In this document: piece after piece, positions 26,753 to 37,870 of the stretch
How positions within the stretch are numbered: position 1 is the stretch's first letter
Layout of the letters: each line of letters starts with the position of its first letter
Source: Octopus sinensis
Taxonomy: Eukaryota
DNA: 64,000 nt
NCBI RefSeq assembly: GCF_006345805.1
Contig: NC_043004.1
Span: 102,982,001-103,046,000 of the forward strand
Reading direction: 5' to 3'
Translations under genes and position numbers: made by a program
The notes under the pieces: model-generated
Told to the model about the DNA's origin: nothing
What the model saw: the letters and a program-made list of their open reading frames with translations, nothing else
The model's database searches: none

Positions 26753-27139
26753 TTAGAGGATATATTAACCTCGTGAAGGGATGGTTGTATCTAAGGAAAT
26801 ACTGGTTCAGTACCTAATATTGTTGGGGAATGAAATTTCCTTAAAACTATATTGAGCATATAATTTATATCCAGTTAAAAAAGGAAAAGAAAATGGAGAC
26901 AAGGAAGTTAACATTTATTTATTGTTAATAACTTGGTCAGCTTCACTTCTTACAACCATTTCAATTAATACTCAATAATTTCATTACAAATTTGTTCATT
27001 AAATTTGCATTTACGTAACATGATCATAATTTCATCAGAGAAAAAAAAGATGTACCTTGAGATGTTATATGTGGATCTATCAATTCATTTCAGCAGACTG
27101 CTAACTTCCTTACTTTCATTTTCTTTTCTTTTTTCAACT

Positions 27140-27202
<63 letters not shown>

Positions 27203-27215
27203 TATATAATATATA

Positions 27216-27248
<33 letters not shown>

Positions 27249-27305
27249 AGAAATATTGAGAGTTTCTAATTCTCTCGTAGAGGGGTGTACGGTGGTGGAG
27301 CGATA

Positions 27306-27465
27306 TAATGGTTGTATACTGTCAATCTAACGAGAACGTGACAGTAGGGGGTACACCACCGTTATATAGCCTAGGGAGGCATCGAACGCCTCCTGACAGC
27401 TTCGACACATTTTATCCTGTGTCCTTATATACTGTCACGTTCTTGTTAGATTGACAGTAACAACC

Positions 27466-27471
<6 letters not shown>
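27306..27471. mobile_element. Small fold-back/MITE with about 42-bp inverted arms
   Basis: TATAATGGTTG..TACTGTCAATCTAACGAGAACGTGACAGTA versus TACTGTCACGTTCTTGTTAGATTGACAGTAACAACCATTATA. Confidence 0.7.
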
Positions 27472-27508
<37 letters not shown>

Positions 27509-27749
27509 TTAATAAGGGTGAGAGAATTAGATACTAATTTAATAGTATATCTATTCAACACCAAGTGGCCTAGTGCTCCGAGAAACCTGGATTATTATAA
27601 TATTGTATAATATATTATAATATTTTTACAAAATAAATATAAGAGAGTGGTCACTATATGGCTCACTCTAGCACAGTTAATCCAAAAGGTTTCAACCACA
27701 AAAATACATGTTTCCCATGAAAGTCAGTACGATTGTTAGCTCACACGGA

Positions 27750-28020
27750 CAGGGCAAATAAAAAATAACAAAAATACAGATTATTTTGGACAATTGTTTC
27801 GCTATTAATGAATTAAATGTAATTTTACTTACACAAAAAATCCACTTGTAGCTCGTCAGCCAAAAACTATCGGATGAAATCCACTCAATCACACGCCAGA
27901 TTGTACCATAACGATAAATACGCGTGTGGTTCAATTGATTACATCCGACACAATTAATTTATTAATAGCGAAACAATGGTCCCAAAATAATCTGTATTTT
28001 TGTTATTTTTATTTGCCCTG
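27750..28020. mobile_element. Tc1/mariner-type MITE with about 65-bp TIRs
   Basis: CAGGGCAAATAAAAAATAACAAAAATACAGATTATTTTGG at the left end, its reverse complement at the right end; right flank TA. Confidence 0.8.
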
Positions 28021-28041
28021 TATATATATATATATATTGCC

Positions 28042-28095
<54 letters not shown>

Positions 28096-28111
28096 TATAC
28101 ATACATACTAT

Positions 28112-28337
28112 GAGCTGGCAGACACGTTAGCGCGCCGGGCGAAATGCTTAGTGGTATTTCGTCTGTCATTACGTTCTGAGTTCAAATTCCGCCGAGGTCA
28201 ACCTTGCCTTTCATCCCTTCGGGGTCGATAAATAAAGTACCAGTTTCGCACTGGGGTCGATTGTAATCGACTTAATCCGTTCGTCTGTCCTTGTTTGTCC
28301 CCTCTATGTTTAGCTCCTTGTGGACAGTAAAGAAATA
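28112..28337 (+). mobile_element. SINE family B (about 230-270 bp)
   Basis: GAGCTGGCAGA..CGTTAGC head, GAGTTCAAATTCC B-box, tail TTTGTCCCCTCTATGTTTAGCTCCTTGTGGACAGTAAAGAAATA. Confidence 0.9.
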
Positions 28338-28553
28338 TATATACATACACACACACACACACACACACATATGTATGAAGAAGAAAATGTATTTTTCTCT
28401 CTTATATTGCAATGAATTAACTCCAGAATATATTATTACAGTCAAATAATTTCAAAATACAATAATATGCATTTAGGAACAGATTATCACAATTGAATTA
28501 TTTCAAAATACATTATTATATATTCCAACATATTATACCATATCATACCATAT

Positions 28554-28937
28554 GGAGGCGCAATGGCCCAGTGGTTAGGGCAGCGGACCCGCGGTCATAG
28601 GATCGCGGTTTCGATTCCCAGACCGGGCGTTGTGAGTGTTTATTGAGCAAAAACACCTAAAAGCTCCACGAGGCTCCGGCAGGGGATGGTGGTGATCCCT
28701 GCTGTACTCTTTCACCACAACTTTCTCTCACTCTTACTTCCTGTTTCTGTTGTACATGTATTTCAAGGGGCCGGCCTTGTCACTCTCTGTGTCACGCTGA
28801 ATATCACCGAGAACTACGTTAAGGGTACACGTGTCTGTGGAGTGTTCAGCCACTTACACGTTAATTTCACGAGCAGGCTGTTCCGTTGATTCGGATCAAC
28901 CGGAACCCTCATCGTCGTAACCGACGGAGTGCTTCCA
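28554..28937 (+). mobile_element. SINE family C (about 385 bp, tRNA head)
   Basis: TGGCCCAGTGG A-box, GTTTCGATTCC B-box; tail CCGTTGATTCGGATCAACCGGAACCCTC..GTAACCGACGGAGTGCTTCC. Confidence 0.9.
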
Positions 28938-29843
28938 CATAATACCATATCAAAAATACATAACTACAATCAAATTATTTCAAGATTACAGAGTCCAAAG
29001 AACATTGAAATCATTTCAAAATTTCTTATTGAACTGTTTTAAAGTCCATAATTACAAAAAAAAATCAAAGTGCATAATTATAAACCGGTTTCACTTCTCA
29101 CAGATTTCACTACAATGTACATGTGTGGTGGATTGCTGCTAGCCTTTACACACGCGCACACATACACATGTATGTATTTATGTATATAAGAAAAATAACT
29201 GAATTCTGTGATTTCATACTGAATTTATGGTGAAGATGAAATTGACTGAGACTTTAAGTTTCACCTGACGGCTTGGTCAACAGGTGAAATAAACTTTATC
29301 TAATCACGTTTTGTAGACAGGAAATTTCCTAAAAGCACGAGATGCCTAAAATAGGTTTTACAGTTTCGTATAATTTCAATAAAAGGCTTCTTTTTTATAT
29401 TTTTTGGCCAAGACAATAAACTAAGTAAATGTTTAACGATTAATAAATTAATCTACTTCCTGACTGACTTAAACAGGAAGTAGATTAAGCAGATTAGTCG
29501 GTAGAAGTATCGGTAAAAAGGAAGGTCAGGACGGAAATGAAAAATGGACAATATAAAATAGCCAAAGGGCTGAATGTTTATGAAATATAGGTCGCTACAA
29601 GCTCAATATTGAGAACAATAGCTTATTGAGTTCAGAGTGCCTTGTACATAGTCTTGGCATAAACAATGTTTTTGTTCTAAAAAAGTTCGTGTCATATGAA
29701 TTTAGCGCGTAGAGAAAATACAAATTTTTACATGTATCAGAGTGTACTGCATATAGTGTGTAGATACCAATTTCTCTAATATATGTTTTTTGATTGGATA
29801 TATATATATATTATTATATTATAATATATATAATATATATATA

Positions 29844-29879
<36 letters not shown>

Positions 29880-29970
29880 GTGTGTGTGTGTGTGTGTGTG
29901 TGGTTGTGTGTGTTGTGTGGTGTGTACTTACGTATAAGAGAACAAAATGTACGTACGACGCCGTTATATC

Positions 29971-30182
29971 TCTTTACTCTTTACTTGTTTCAGTCATTTG
30001 ACTGCAGCCATGCTGGAGCACCGCCTTTAGTCGAGCAAATCGACCCCGGGACTTATTCTTTGTAAGCCCAGTACTTATTCTATGGGTCTCTTTTGCCGAT
30101 CCGCTAAGTTACGGGGACGTAAACACACCAGCATCGGTTGTCAAGCAATGCTAGGGGGACAATCACAGATACACAAACATAT

Positions 30183-30217
<35 letters not shown>

Positions 30218-30385
30218 ATATACGACAGGCTTCTTTCAGTTTCCGTCTACGAAATCCACTCACAAGGCATTGGTCGGCCCGGGGCTATAGCAGAAGACAC
30301 TTGCCCAAGATGCCACGCAGTGGGACTGAACCCGGAACCATGTGGTTGGTAAACAAGCTACTTACCACACAGCCACTCCTGCGCC
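29971..30385 (-). mobile_element. SINE family A
   Basis: Full-length match to the other copies. Confidence 0.9.
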
Positions 30386-30450
30386 TATATACATATAAAA
30401 TACAAAATGAGATTATTCTGCAATAATAATAATTCCTGATGTATACTTTT

Positions 30451-30561
30451 TGCACTGAGGAGAACAGTGTTATTTACTTAATTGAATGTAATCAAATTAA
30501 TTTTAATTATTCTACCATGCTATTCACATGTTAATATCGCTGTTCGAAACGATCGTATGCA
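30451..30561 (+). ncRNA. Type-I hammerhead ribozyme with complete core
   Basis: Stem I TGCA/TGCA; CTGAGGA 30455-30461; stem II GAACAGTG/CGCTGTTC; GAAA 30546-30549; palindrome ACGATCGT; GUA site at 30557. Confidence 0.8.
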
Positions 30562-30817
30562 TGTATCAAACTTCTTTTATATTTCAACATCTTCTCGTCT
30601 CCATTTTTTAACATACCTGTCGAGTTTCTATGGTACAACTTTCCATAAACTCTCATAACACACCATATACATGTAATAATAATTTTATATTCACAAAAAT
30701 CTTACGCCAGTAAGCTACCTGCAAAATATTGAGAATCTTTGCTAGAAATCGCCCTTTGAAACCCTCCAAAGTATAGGATGAAATAAAATTCAAACTCTCT
30801 CCACACACGCACGCACG

Positions 30818-30882
<65 letters not shown>

Positions 30883-30950
30883 TGCATATATATCATGTAG
30901 TAAAAAAATATGTGTATAAGTAATATGCATATATATATATCTATATATTA

Positions 30951-31002
<52 letters not shown>

Positions 31003-31062
31003 ATATATATATATAATAATATGGTGTATATATATAATATATATATATATGTGTGTGTGTGT

Positions 31063-31116
<54 letters not shown>

Positions 31117-31870
31117 ACATATATATATACATATATACATGTATGTGCACACACACACACACACACATATATTATATATGCTGTCACTCTATATGTATAT
31201 ATATAAATACATATACGTACATATATACACACTCACTTATATGTATGTGTATACAATGGTGAGATTTTGATGTAATGATGCACAGTCCTTTTAAACAGTG
31301 ATTTTCTCCCCCCCCCCTGCCTGAAATTATAACAGATGTGTCATTTTGTAATCGAATACTATAAATCAGACACCCAAGTTTGGAATGCATAGGGAAGAAG
31401 TCTGACCTAGCCACGATGACTAGTTTGGTGTCTGAAAGAAACACATTGCATTCACACGTATATATGCACAAATCTACACTGAGAGAGAAAGAGAGAGAGA
31501 GAGAGAGAGTGGGGAAAGGAGAGAGAGAGAGAGAGGAGCAAGAGGGGGATAAACAAGGATTGTATAATTGACTCTCTAATCGACCAATTGACAAGGACGT
31601 CTAGTTGCTGTTGTGACCCCTATGAGGTTTTAAGGTATTTAGCTAAGAATAATGAACAAAGGGCCATTTTTTCGGTCGGAATGGCTTCCAGTTAGGTGGA
31701 TAATTAGCAGTTTGGGGAAGGTATGAATGTCACAACATCTTTCCCTGTTCCCTTTACCATAAAAACAAGGTCTGGAGAATTCGTATCTTTGTGTGATACA
31801 ATCTCGCAAACATACTCACACACACATACGCGCGCGTGCGTGCGTATGTATGTATGTATGTATATATATA

Positions 31871-32085
31871 TATTTATCAAAAGAAAAACATGAAGCAAAG
31901 GATTTAGCAGTACATATGTTTCTGGATTTTATTAGACAATTACTACTAGCAGTAATTGTGCGCGGCTGAGGAAGGCTATTGACATACATATTACATCAAG
32001 TATGCATTGATATAAACTGTCTAATAAAAGCCAGAAACATATGTACCGCTAAATCCTTTGCTTCATGTTTTTTTTTTATAAATAT
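31871..32085. repeat. Fold-back element with about 70-bp inverted arms (31871-31941 / 32015-32085)
   Basis: Arms read directly, few mismatches. Confidence 0.85.
31962..32049 (+). ncRNA. Type-I hammerhead ribozyme motif
   Basis: Stem I GCGG/CCGC; CTGAGGA 31966-31972; GGCT/AGCC stem II with an A.A closing position; GAAA 32034; ACATATGT palindrome; GUA site at 32045. Confidence 0.65.
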
Positions 32086-32292
32086 ACTCTATCACCTACA
32101 CCACTAACTGGCATATATACAGGTACTTACAATTATCAAGTATTCACCCTGAATGTTTGTGTTATATATATATGTATATATGCATATCATATTTGACCTG
32201 TTCATTTAAATTCACATCATTGACTCAATGAGTTAGATTACGTGACGCCACACACACGCACGCGCACACACACACAGACACTCTCCCTCTCT

Positions 32293-32337
<45 letters not shown>

Positions 32338-32496
32338 TGTATGTATGTTTCCATATATATATATAAACATAGAGAGAGTGTGAGTGAGAGAAAAAGTGAG
32401 AAAGAGAGATACATATACACGCATGTGTGTCTGTGTGTGTGTGTGTTGTGTGTGTGTGTGTGCGTGTGTGCGTGTGTGCGTATGTATGTGTGTAAA

Positions 32497-32620
32497 GGCG
32501 CATGGTTTAGTAGTTAGGGATATTTGGCTCGAGATCGTAAGGTCACTGTGTCGTTGAGCAAGACACTTTATTCTTACGTTACTCTAGTCCGCTCAGCTGG
32601 CAAAAATGAGCTTTACCTTT
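32497..32620 (+). mobile_element. SINE family D head and core fragment
   Basis: GGCGCATGGTTTAGTAGTTAG...GTTGAGCAAGACACTTTATT..ACGTTACTCTAGTCCGCTCAGCTG, like 2051-2190. Confidence 0.65.
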
Positions 32621-32800
32621 AAAATATTGAGGGCATGAAGGAATCACGACACACAAAGATCGGCAACGAATTGTAACCGCTGTTAAATTCGCAGAAACTG
32701 CAAGGTGGACTGGAGAATCAGAATCCTTGGATTAATTTCTCGGAAATCTTATCCATTCTCTACGGCCGTGCAAAACATTCTTACCTAGCATCATCCTTCA
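32620..32800 (+). mobile_element. Fragment homologous to the Jockey/I-like LINE at 44000-44950
   Basis: GATCGGCAACGAATTGTAACCGCTGTTAAATTCGCAGAAACTGCAAG matches the reverse complement of about 44370-44420. Confidence 0.6.
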
Positions 32801-32817
32801 TATTTTACCATATTCCC

Positions 32818-32885
<68 letters not shown>

Positions 32886-33026
32886 CTCTCATTCTCTCTC
32901 CCCCTTACACACACGCACACACACACACACACCTACACAGGTATATAATTATACCGCTATCTCTGAAAAGTTTCATTCAATTAAATAAATGTATCCATTT
33001 AATAAATTCCGGAAGAGCACTTAGCC

Positions 33027-33226
33027 TCTTTACTCTTTTTACTTGTTTCAGTCATTTGACTGCGGCCATAGTGGAGCACCGCCTTTAGTCGAGCAACTCG
33101 ACCCCAGGACTTATTCTTTGTAAGCCTAGTACTTATTCTATCGGTCTTTTGCCGACCGAACCGCTAAGTTACGGGGACGTAAACACACTAACATCGGTTG
33201 TCAAGCGATGGTGGGGGACAAACATA

Positions 33227-33283
<57 letters not shown>

Positions 33284-33441
33284 GACGGGGTTCTTTCAGT
33301 TTCCGTCTACCAAATCCACTCACAAGGCTTCAGTCAGCCCGAGGCTATAGTAGAAGACACTTGCCCAAGGTGCCACACAGTGGGACTGAACCCAGAACGA
33401 TGTGGTTCGTAAGCAAGCTACTTACCACACAGCCACTCCTG
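33027..33441 (-). mobile_element. SINE family A
   Basis: Full-length match. Confidence 0.9.
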
Positions 33442-33751
33442 GCTAAATATTTGCACATTTGATTCCCAATTTGTGTGATTTTCTGATATGCTGCGTCTAA
33501 TTCCCCGTCAAATAAATCTAGAATATGAAGCAACCAAAGCCGGTGGTAGAATTTATGAAGGAATCAGGTATTCTCTTGCCTTAATCTAGCCGCATAAAAA
33601 TCCTCAGATTACCGTGAGTATACATATCAGAAGATATGTGTCTGGTGTGTACACACAGTATGTTCTGAAAAGAAATGAAATGTCAAATCGAAAATCTTAC
33701 TGTAGTTTCGAACACGTGTGATTGTATAACTTATTATTTCTTCTGCATTAA

Positions 33752-34235
33752 GGCGGTGCAGCTGGCAGAATGGTTAGCACGCCGGACAAAGTGATTCGCA
33801 ACATTTCACTTGTCTTTACCTTCTGAGTACAAATTCTGCCGAGGTTGACTTTTCCGTCGTCCTTTAAAGGTCGATAAGATGAGTTGCAGGTAAACACTGA
33901 GATCGATGTAGTCAACTAACCCCTCCATACAAACTTCTGACCTTGTGCATTTTGTGAAAAGAGTCTTTCCATCTGTATTATTTTTTTTCCCGTCAATACA
34001 TATATATATTTATACATTTTTGTATTATTTTTTAAAAAATATAAGCGCAAGGTCTGAAATTGCTGGGGAGAGGTCTAGTCGATTACATCGACCCCAGTGT
34101 TCAATTAGTACTTAATTTTATAGATTCCGAAAGGATGAAAGGCAAAGTTAACCTCGGCAGCATTTGAACCCAGAATATAAAGCAGAAAGAAATGCCGCTA
34201 AACATTTTGTCTGGTGTATTAACAATTCTATATGC
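33752..34235. mobile_element. Two degenerate family B SINEs, tail to tail (+ 33752-33945; - 34045-34235)
   Basis: Heads GCTGGCAGAATGGTTAGCAC and body CTGGGGTCGATGTAATCGAC in opposite orientations. Confidence 0.65.
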
Positions 34236-34904
34236 TCACTGCCTTCACATTTTAGTATTAATAACCTTATAAGCACATAATTACCGATGTACATACAATT
34301 ATCCATGAGAAATGATATTTTTTATTTCCGTTCATCATATGAACTACAATGACACGAACAGCTCAGCATAGGTATTAACAATGGGAAATATATAACAGGT
34401 TTTATGACATAGCCCTGAGAGAAAGAGACGGGGTGGCAGAGACAGACAGACAGACAGCAACAGGGACAGAGGGACAGAGAGAAAGGATAAAGAGGGGGTG
34501 CTATTTCGTATTGAATTAACATTAGTTTTCAATAAGTCGACGTACTGGCAGAATCGTTAGCATATCGGGCAAAATACTTGATGGTATTTTGTCCGTCTTT
34601 ACGTTCTAAGTTCAAATTTCACCGACGTCGACTTTGCCTTTGCTGTCTTTGTGCTAAAATTTGAAATCGATGATAATAAAAGAAGCTTGAAGACTTTGAT
34701 CGGGAAAATATCATAATTAGGATTTTTTCCAAATTCGTTCAATGTAGACTTTCATAATTACTTTCTTTTAATAAAAGTTACTTAGTTCCATCTAATTAAT
34801 AAGCAGCTTTCTCATGAGAGTACACAAGTGCGTGCAGCGCGCGCACACACGTGTCGATGGATACAGATATAGTTATATGTACATAGAGACATGTGCTATA
34901 AATA

Positions 34905-35218
34905 TCAAAGCCTTGAGAGTGGATTTGGGCGATGAAGACTGAAAGAAGCCCGACGTATATATATATATATATATATATATATTGTGTGTGGGTGTGAGTG
35001 CGCGTCTTTGTGTCTGTATTGGCCCTCTTCAACAGCTTGACAACAGGTGTTGGTGCGTTTACGTCCCCGTAACTTAGCGGTTCGGCAAAAAGCCCGATGA
35101 AATAAGTACCAGGCTTTAAAAAATAAACACTGAGGTTAATTAATTAATAAAAAATTTTCAAGGCGGAGGCCCAGCATGACCGCAGCCTAATCACTGAGGC
35201 AAGTAAAAGATAAAAAGT
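34905..35218 (+). mobile_element. SINE family A, 5'-truncated, older subfamily
   Basis: GAGTGGATTTGG..ACTGAAAGAAGCCCG; tail GGCCCAGCATGACCGCAG...GTAAAAGA. Confidence 0.8.
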
Positions 35219-35363
35219 TATAAATATATGTATATATATATATATCTATATATATACACACACATACACACACACTAACACATATACCTATGTAAATATA
35301 CATACATACAATACATACATACATACATACATACATACATACATACATACATACATACATACA

Positions 35364-35395
<32 letters not shown>

Positions 35396-35430
35396 CATGC
35401 ATACATATGAATACATATATGCTTATATAT

Positions 35431-35898
35431 AAAAAATACAAAAATGGGACAACAAAATATCCAAACAGACGATACAAGGAAAACAAGGACGGATCATTCG
35501 GAGTTTTCTATCCTCAATCGAGTTCCAGGTTATCTTTGCAATTCCGGCTGGTTATATTCGAGATTGCTCCAATCTGGCCAGCCCCAAGGAAAAACTAAAC
35601 TAAAAGCATTAGATTCCTTGGAAGAAAACAGCGAATGTATACGAAAACAAAGACGAAAATAAAAAAAACAGAAATGTTACACTAATATAAATAACAGGAC
35701 ATAACAACAGGTGTCTTTCGACTAAGGACGAATTAAATTAAATTAAACTTTCGGCAGGGACATAAGATTTAACAAGCACAGGAAGGAATATAGATGTTGC
35801 ACGGACAGTAGTCCAACCAAGAAAGAAAGGTCAGGCCTGGCCGAACACCGGTCACGTGGGGAGAGAAGAGAGGTTCTTGTCCCATTTTTGTATTTTTT
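35431..35898. mobile_element. Unclassified MITE-like element with 22-bp perfect TIRs
   Basis: AAAAAATACAAAAATGGGACAA at 35431-35452; exact reverse complement at 35877-35898. Confidence 0.7.
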
Positions 35899-36205
35899 TA
35901 TGTATAAAATATAGCGGAGTACGTATACTTTGGTCTCTTATATGTAAGTATAAATATCTATATACTTCTTTACACCCACATATACGTACAAAGACGTAAA
36001 CCGATATTTGTAGTGGCCATGAGTCAGAATTTGAAACTAATATTTTTTTTTGAAGTTCTTTGGAAAAAAGATCGAAGGATCATAGCACTTTTCTGTAGAA
36101 TACCATATTTATTTATTTTAACAAGAGATTGATAGTGACTTCGAAGTTTCGGTCTTTAATGAAAAAAAATCCCCCCCCCCAAATAAAACAAAGAAATATA
36201 TGAAA

Positions 36206-37515
36206 CTAGCAGAGATACCCGGCGTTGCCCGGTTACATTCAATTGAAGAATTAGACCTTTCAGTTATATCTTCTGTAATGAACTGGAATATCTATGTTTC
36301 GAATTTCATCAAAATTGCAGATGAGGGTTATTTCCCTCTTTACACACCCAAACAAAATTGTAATCGTGCCACATATATCCCATACAACTGATTTTTATGC
36401 GCATATTCCAAAATTCCAGTCTTATTGAACCTGTTAAAAAGATTTTGCTCCTGAAAAATGAAGGTCATGGAGCTCTAAAATGTGAGAGTTAAGGCCCCTG
36501 TTGGGGATGGGCATCTTAATGTCAACCACAGAAGTTGAATTGTTGAAAATCTTTTTAACTTGGGTCTTATATCTATTGTTTGAATATATATGTTCACTGG
36601 GTTTGTAAAAGAGAGCAAAGCTACAGGAAACCAAAAGACGAATGATCACAATAAGCAGTCAGTTACCCTACCCTAGTCGTTACCACTCCCAATGTAGGAT
36701 TCTTCACCATCCAGGTGACAGGCACAGCCGTAAGATGCATTACGAATCGATAGCAATTGGAAGAGCGTGAACCAACTGAAATCAACATTAACAACTGTGT
36801 GACGTGAGGGCTAAGGAGAAATTAAAGTGTCACCTCCGGAGTTTGCAAATGACCACTATACGGATACGTAACTGGACAGAATAAATTTAAAATCTATAAA
36901 TGTCTTTGAATAACCAGTCACTCATCTGGGAAGGCCTTGAGATCAATGTTACCATCTGGGGACTATGTGTGACCCAGTGATAATAAAAAGATTGAAAGGA
37001 GGCCCGCAATCAAATAACTTTACTCAACACTTTGCAACTGAATCAGTGGAGGCAAAGATGCCTCTCATTTACTCGACAATTTATGCACCACATTGCAGAA
37101 ATCACAATGTAAGTGTATGTCAAAGCAAACTGTTGTACCATTGAATTAGAAATAATGCCCAACTTTTATGCTCGGGTAACCCTACAGCTTCCAAGAGCAC
37201 AACTGTATTCGTTTTTGCTTAGATAAAATGACAAAATTGTGGGTGTTAAGTCCCCATGGAGGGGTCTTTCTAACTTTATAAGAAGATGAAATTTTATAAA
37301 TATTACTTCCTTTGTGTCTAATATCTATGGTTAGAATTTCATCAACAGCAAAAATATATGAATTGTCATGGGGGTTATGGCCCTTATGCATAGAATATAA
37401 TTTCCAAATTTCATAAAAATCCATTCAATACATTTGACCTAGTTTTGGATCATAAAAGAAATGACTAAAATTTGGGCGTTAAGGCTCCCATTAGGGCGTT
37501 ATATATATAGATAGA
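36206..37515 (-). mobile_element. Non-autonomous Helitron-like element, about 1.3 kb
   Basis: Minus-strand 3' end CCGGGCAACGCCGGG hairpin then CTAG|T; the far end has the TCTATATATATAA-type start; same terminal motif as 58783-59180. Confidence 0.6.
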
Positions 37516-37526
37516 TATAGATATAG

Positions 37527-37529
<3 letters not shown>

Positions 37530-37599
<70 letters not shown>

Positions 37600-37870
37600 G
37601 ATAAATTGATAGATACAACTGAGTGGGCAAGCAAAAATATGAGACTCAGCCTATTGCTTTTTTATGTTGATAAGCATAGTACTTATTCTATTAGTTTGTT
37701 CATGTGAAACCAGTAAGTTATGTGGATGTAAATAAATGAACAGCAGTTGTGAAGCAGTGATGAGGGCGAAACACAGAGACAAAGACACACGCATACACTT
37801 ACATATATACATACATATATATATATACGATTGATTTGTTTCAGTTCCTGTCTACGAAATCCATATATAT
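37530..37870 (-). mobile_element. Old family A SINE remnant, paralogous to 40635-41075
   Basis: GATAAATTGATAGATACAACTGA...GTGAAACCAGTAAGTTATG shared with the unit at 40690. Confidence 0.7.

Noticed and set aside
27385-27430. CTGACAG..GACAC/GTGTC hammerhead-like string
   Set aside because: Core altered at several positions and no stem I
28554-28630. tRNA-like sequences (also 2051, 47035, 54780-54850)
   Set aside because: SINE heads: no acceptor stem, and they continue into the SINE body, with TSDs at the 47035 and 54491 copies
33345-33533. Minus-strand ORF LDLFDGELDAAYQKITQIGNQMCKYL with a possible SINE-derived donor
   Set aside because: No recognisable homology; short and runs into a SINE
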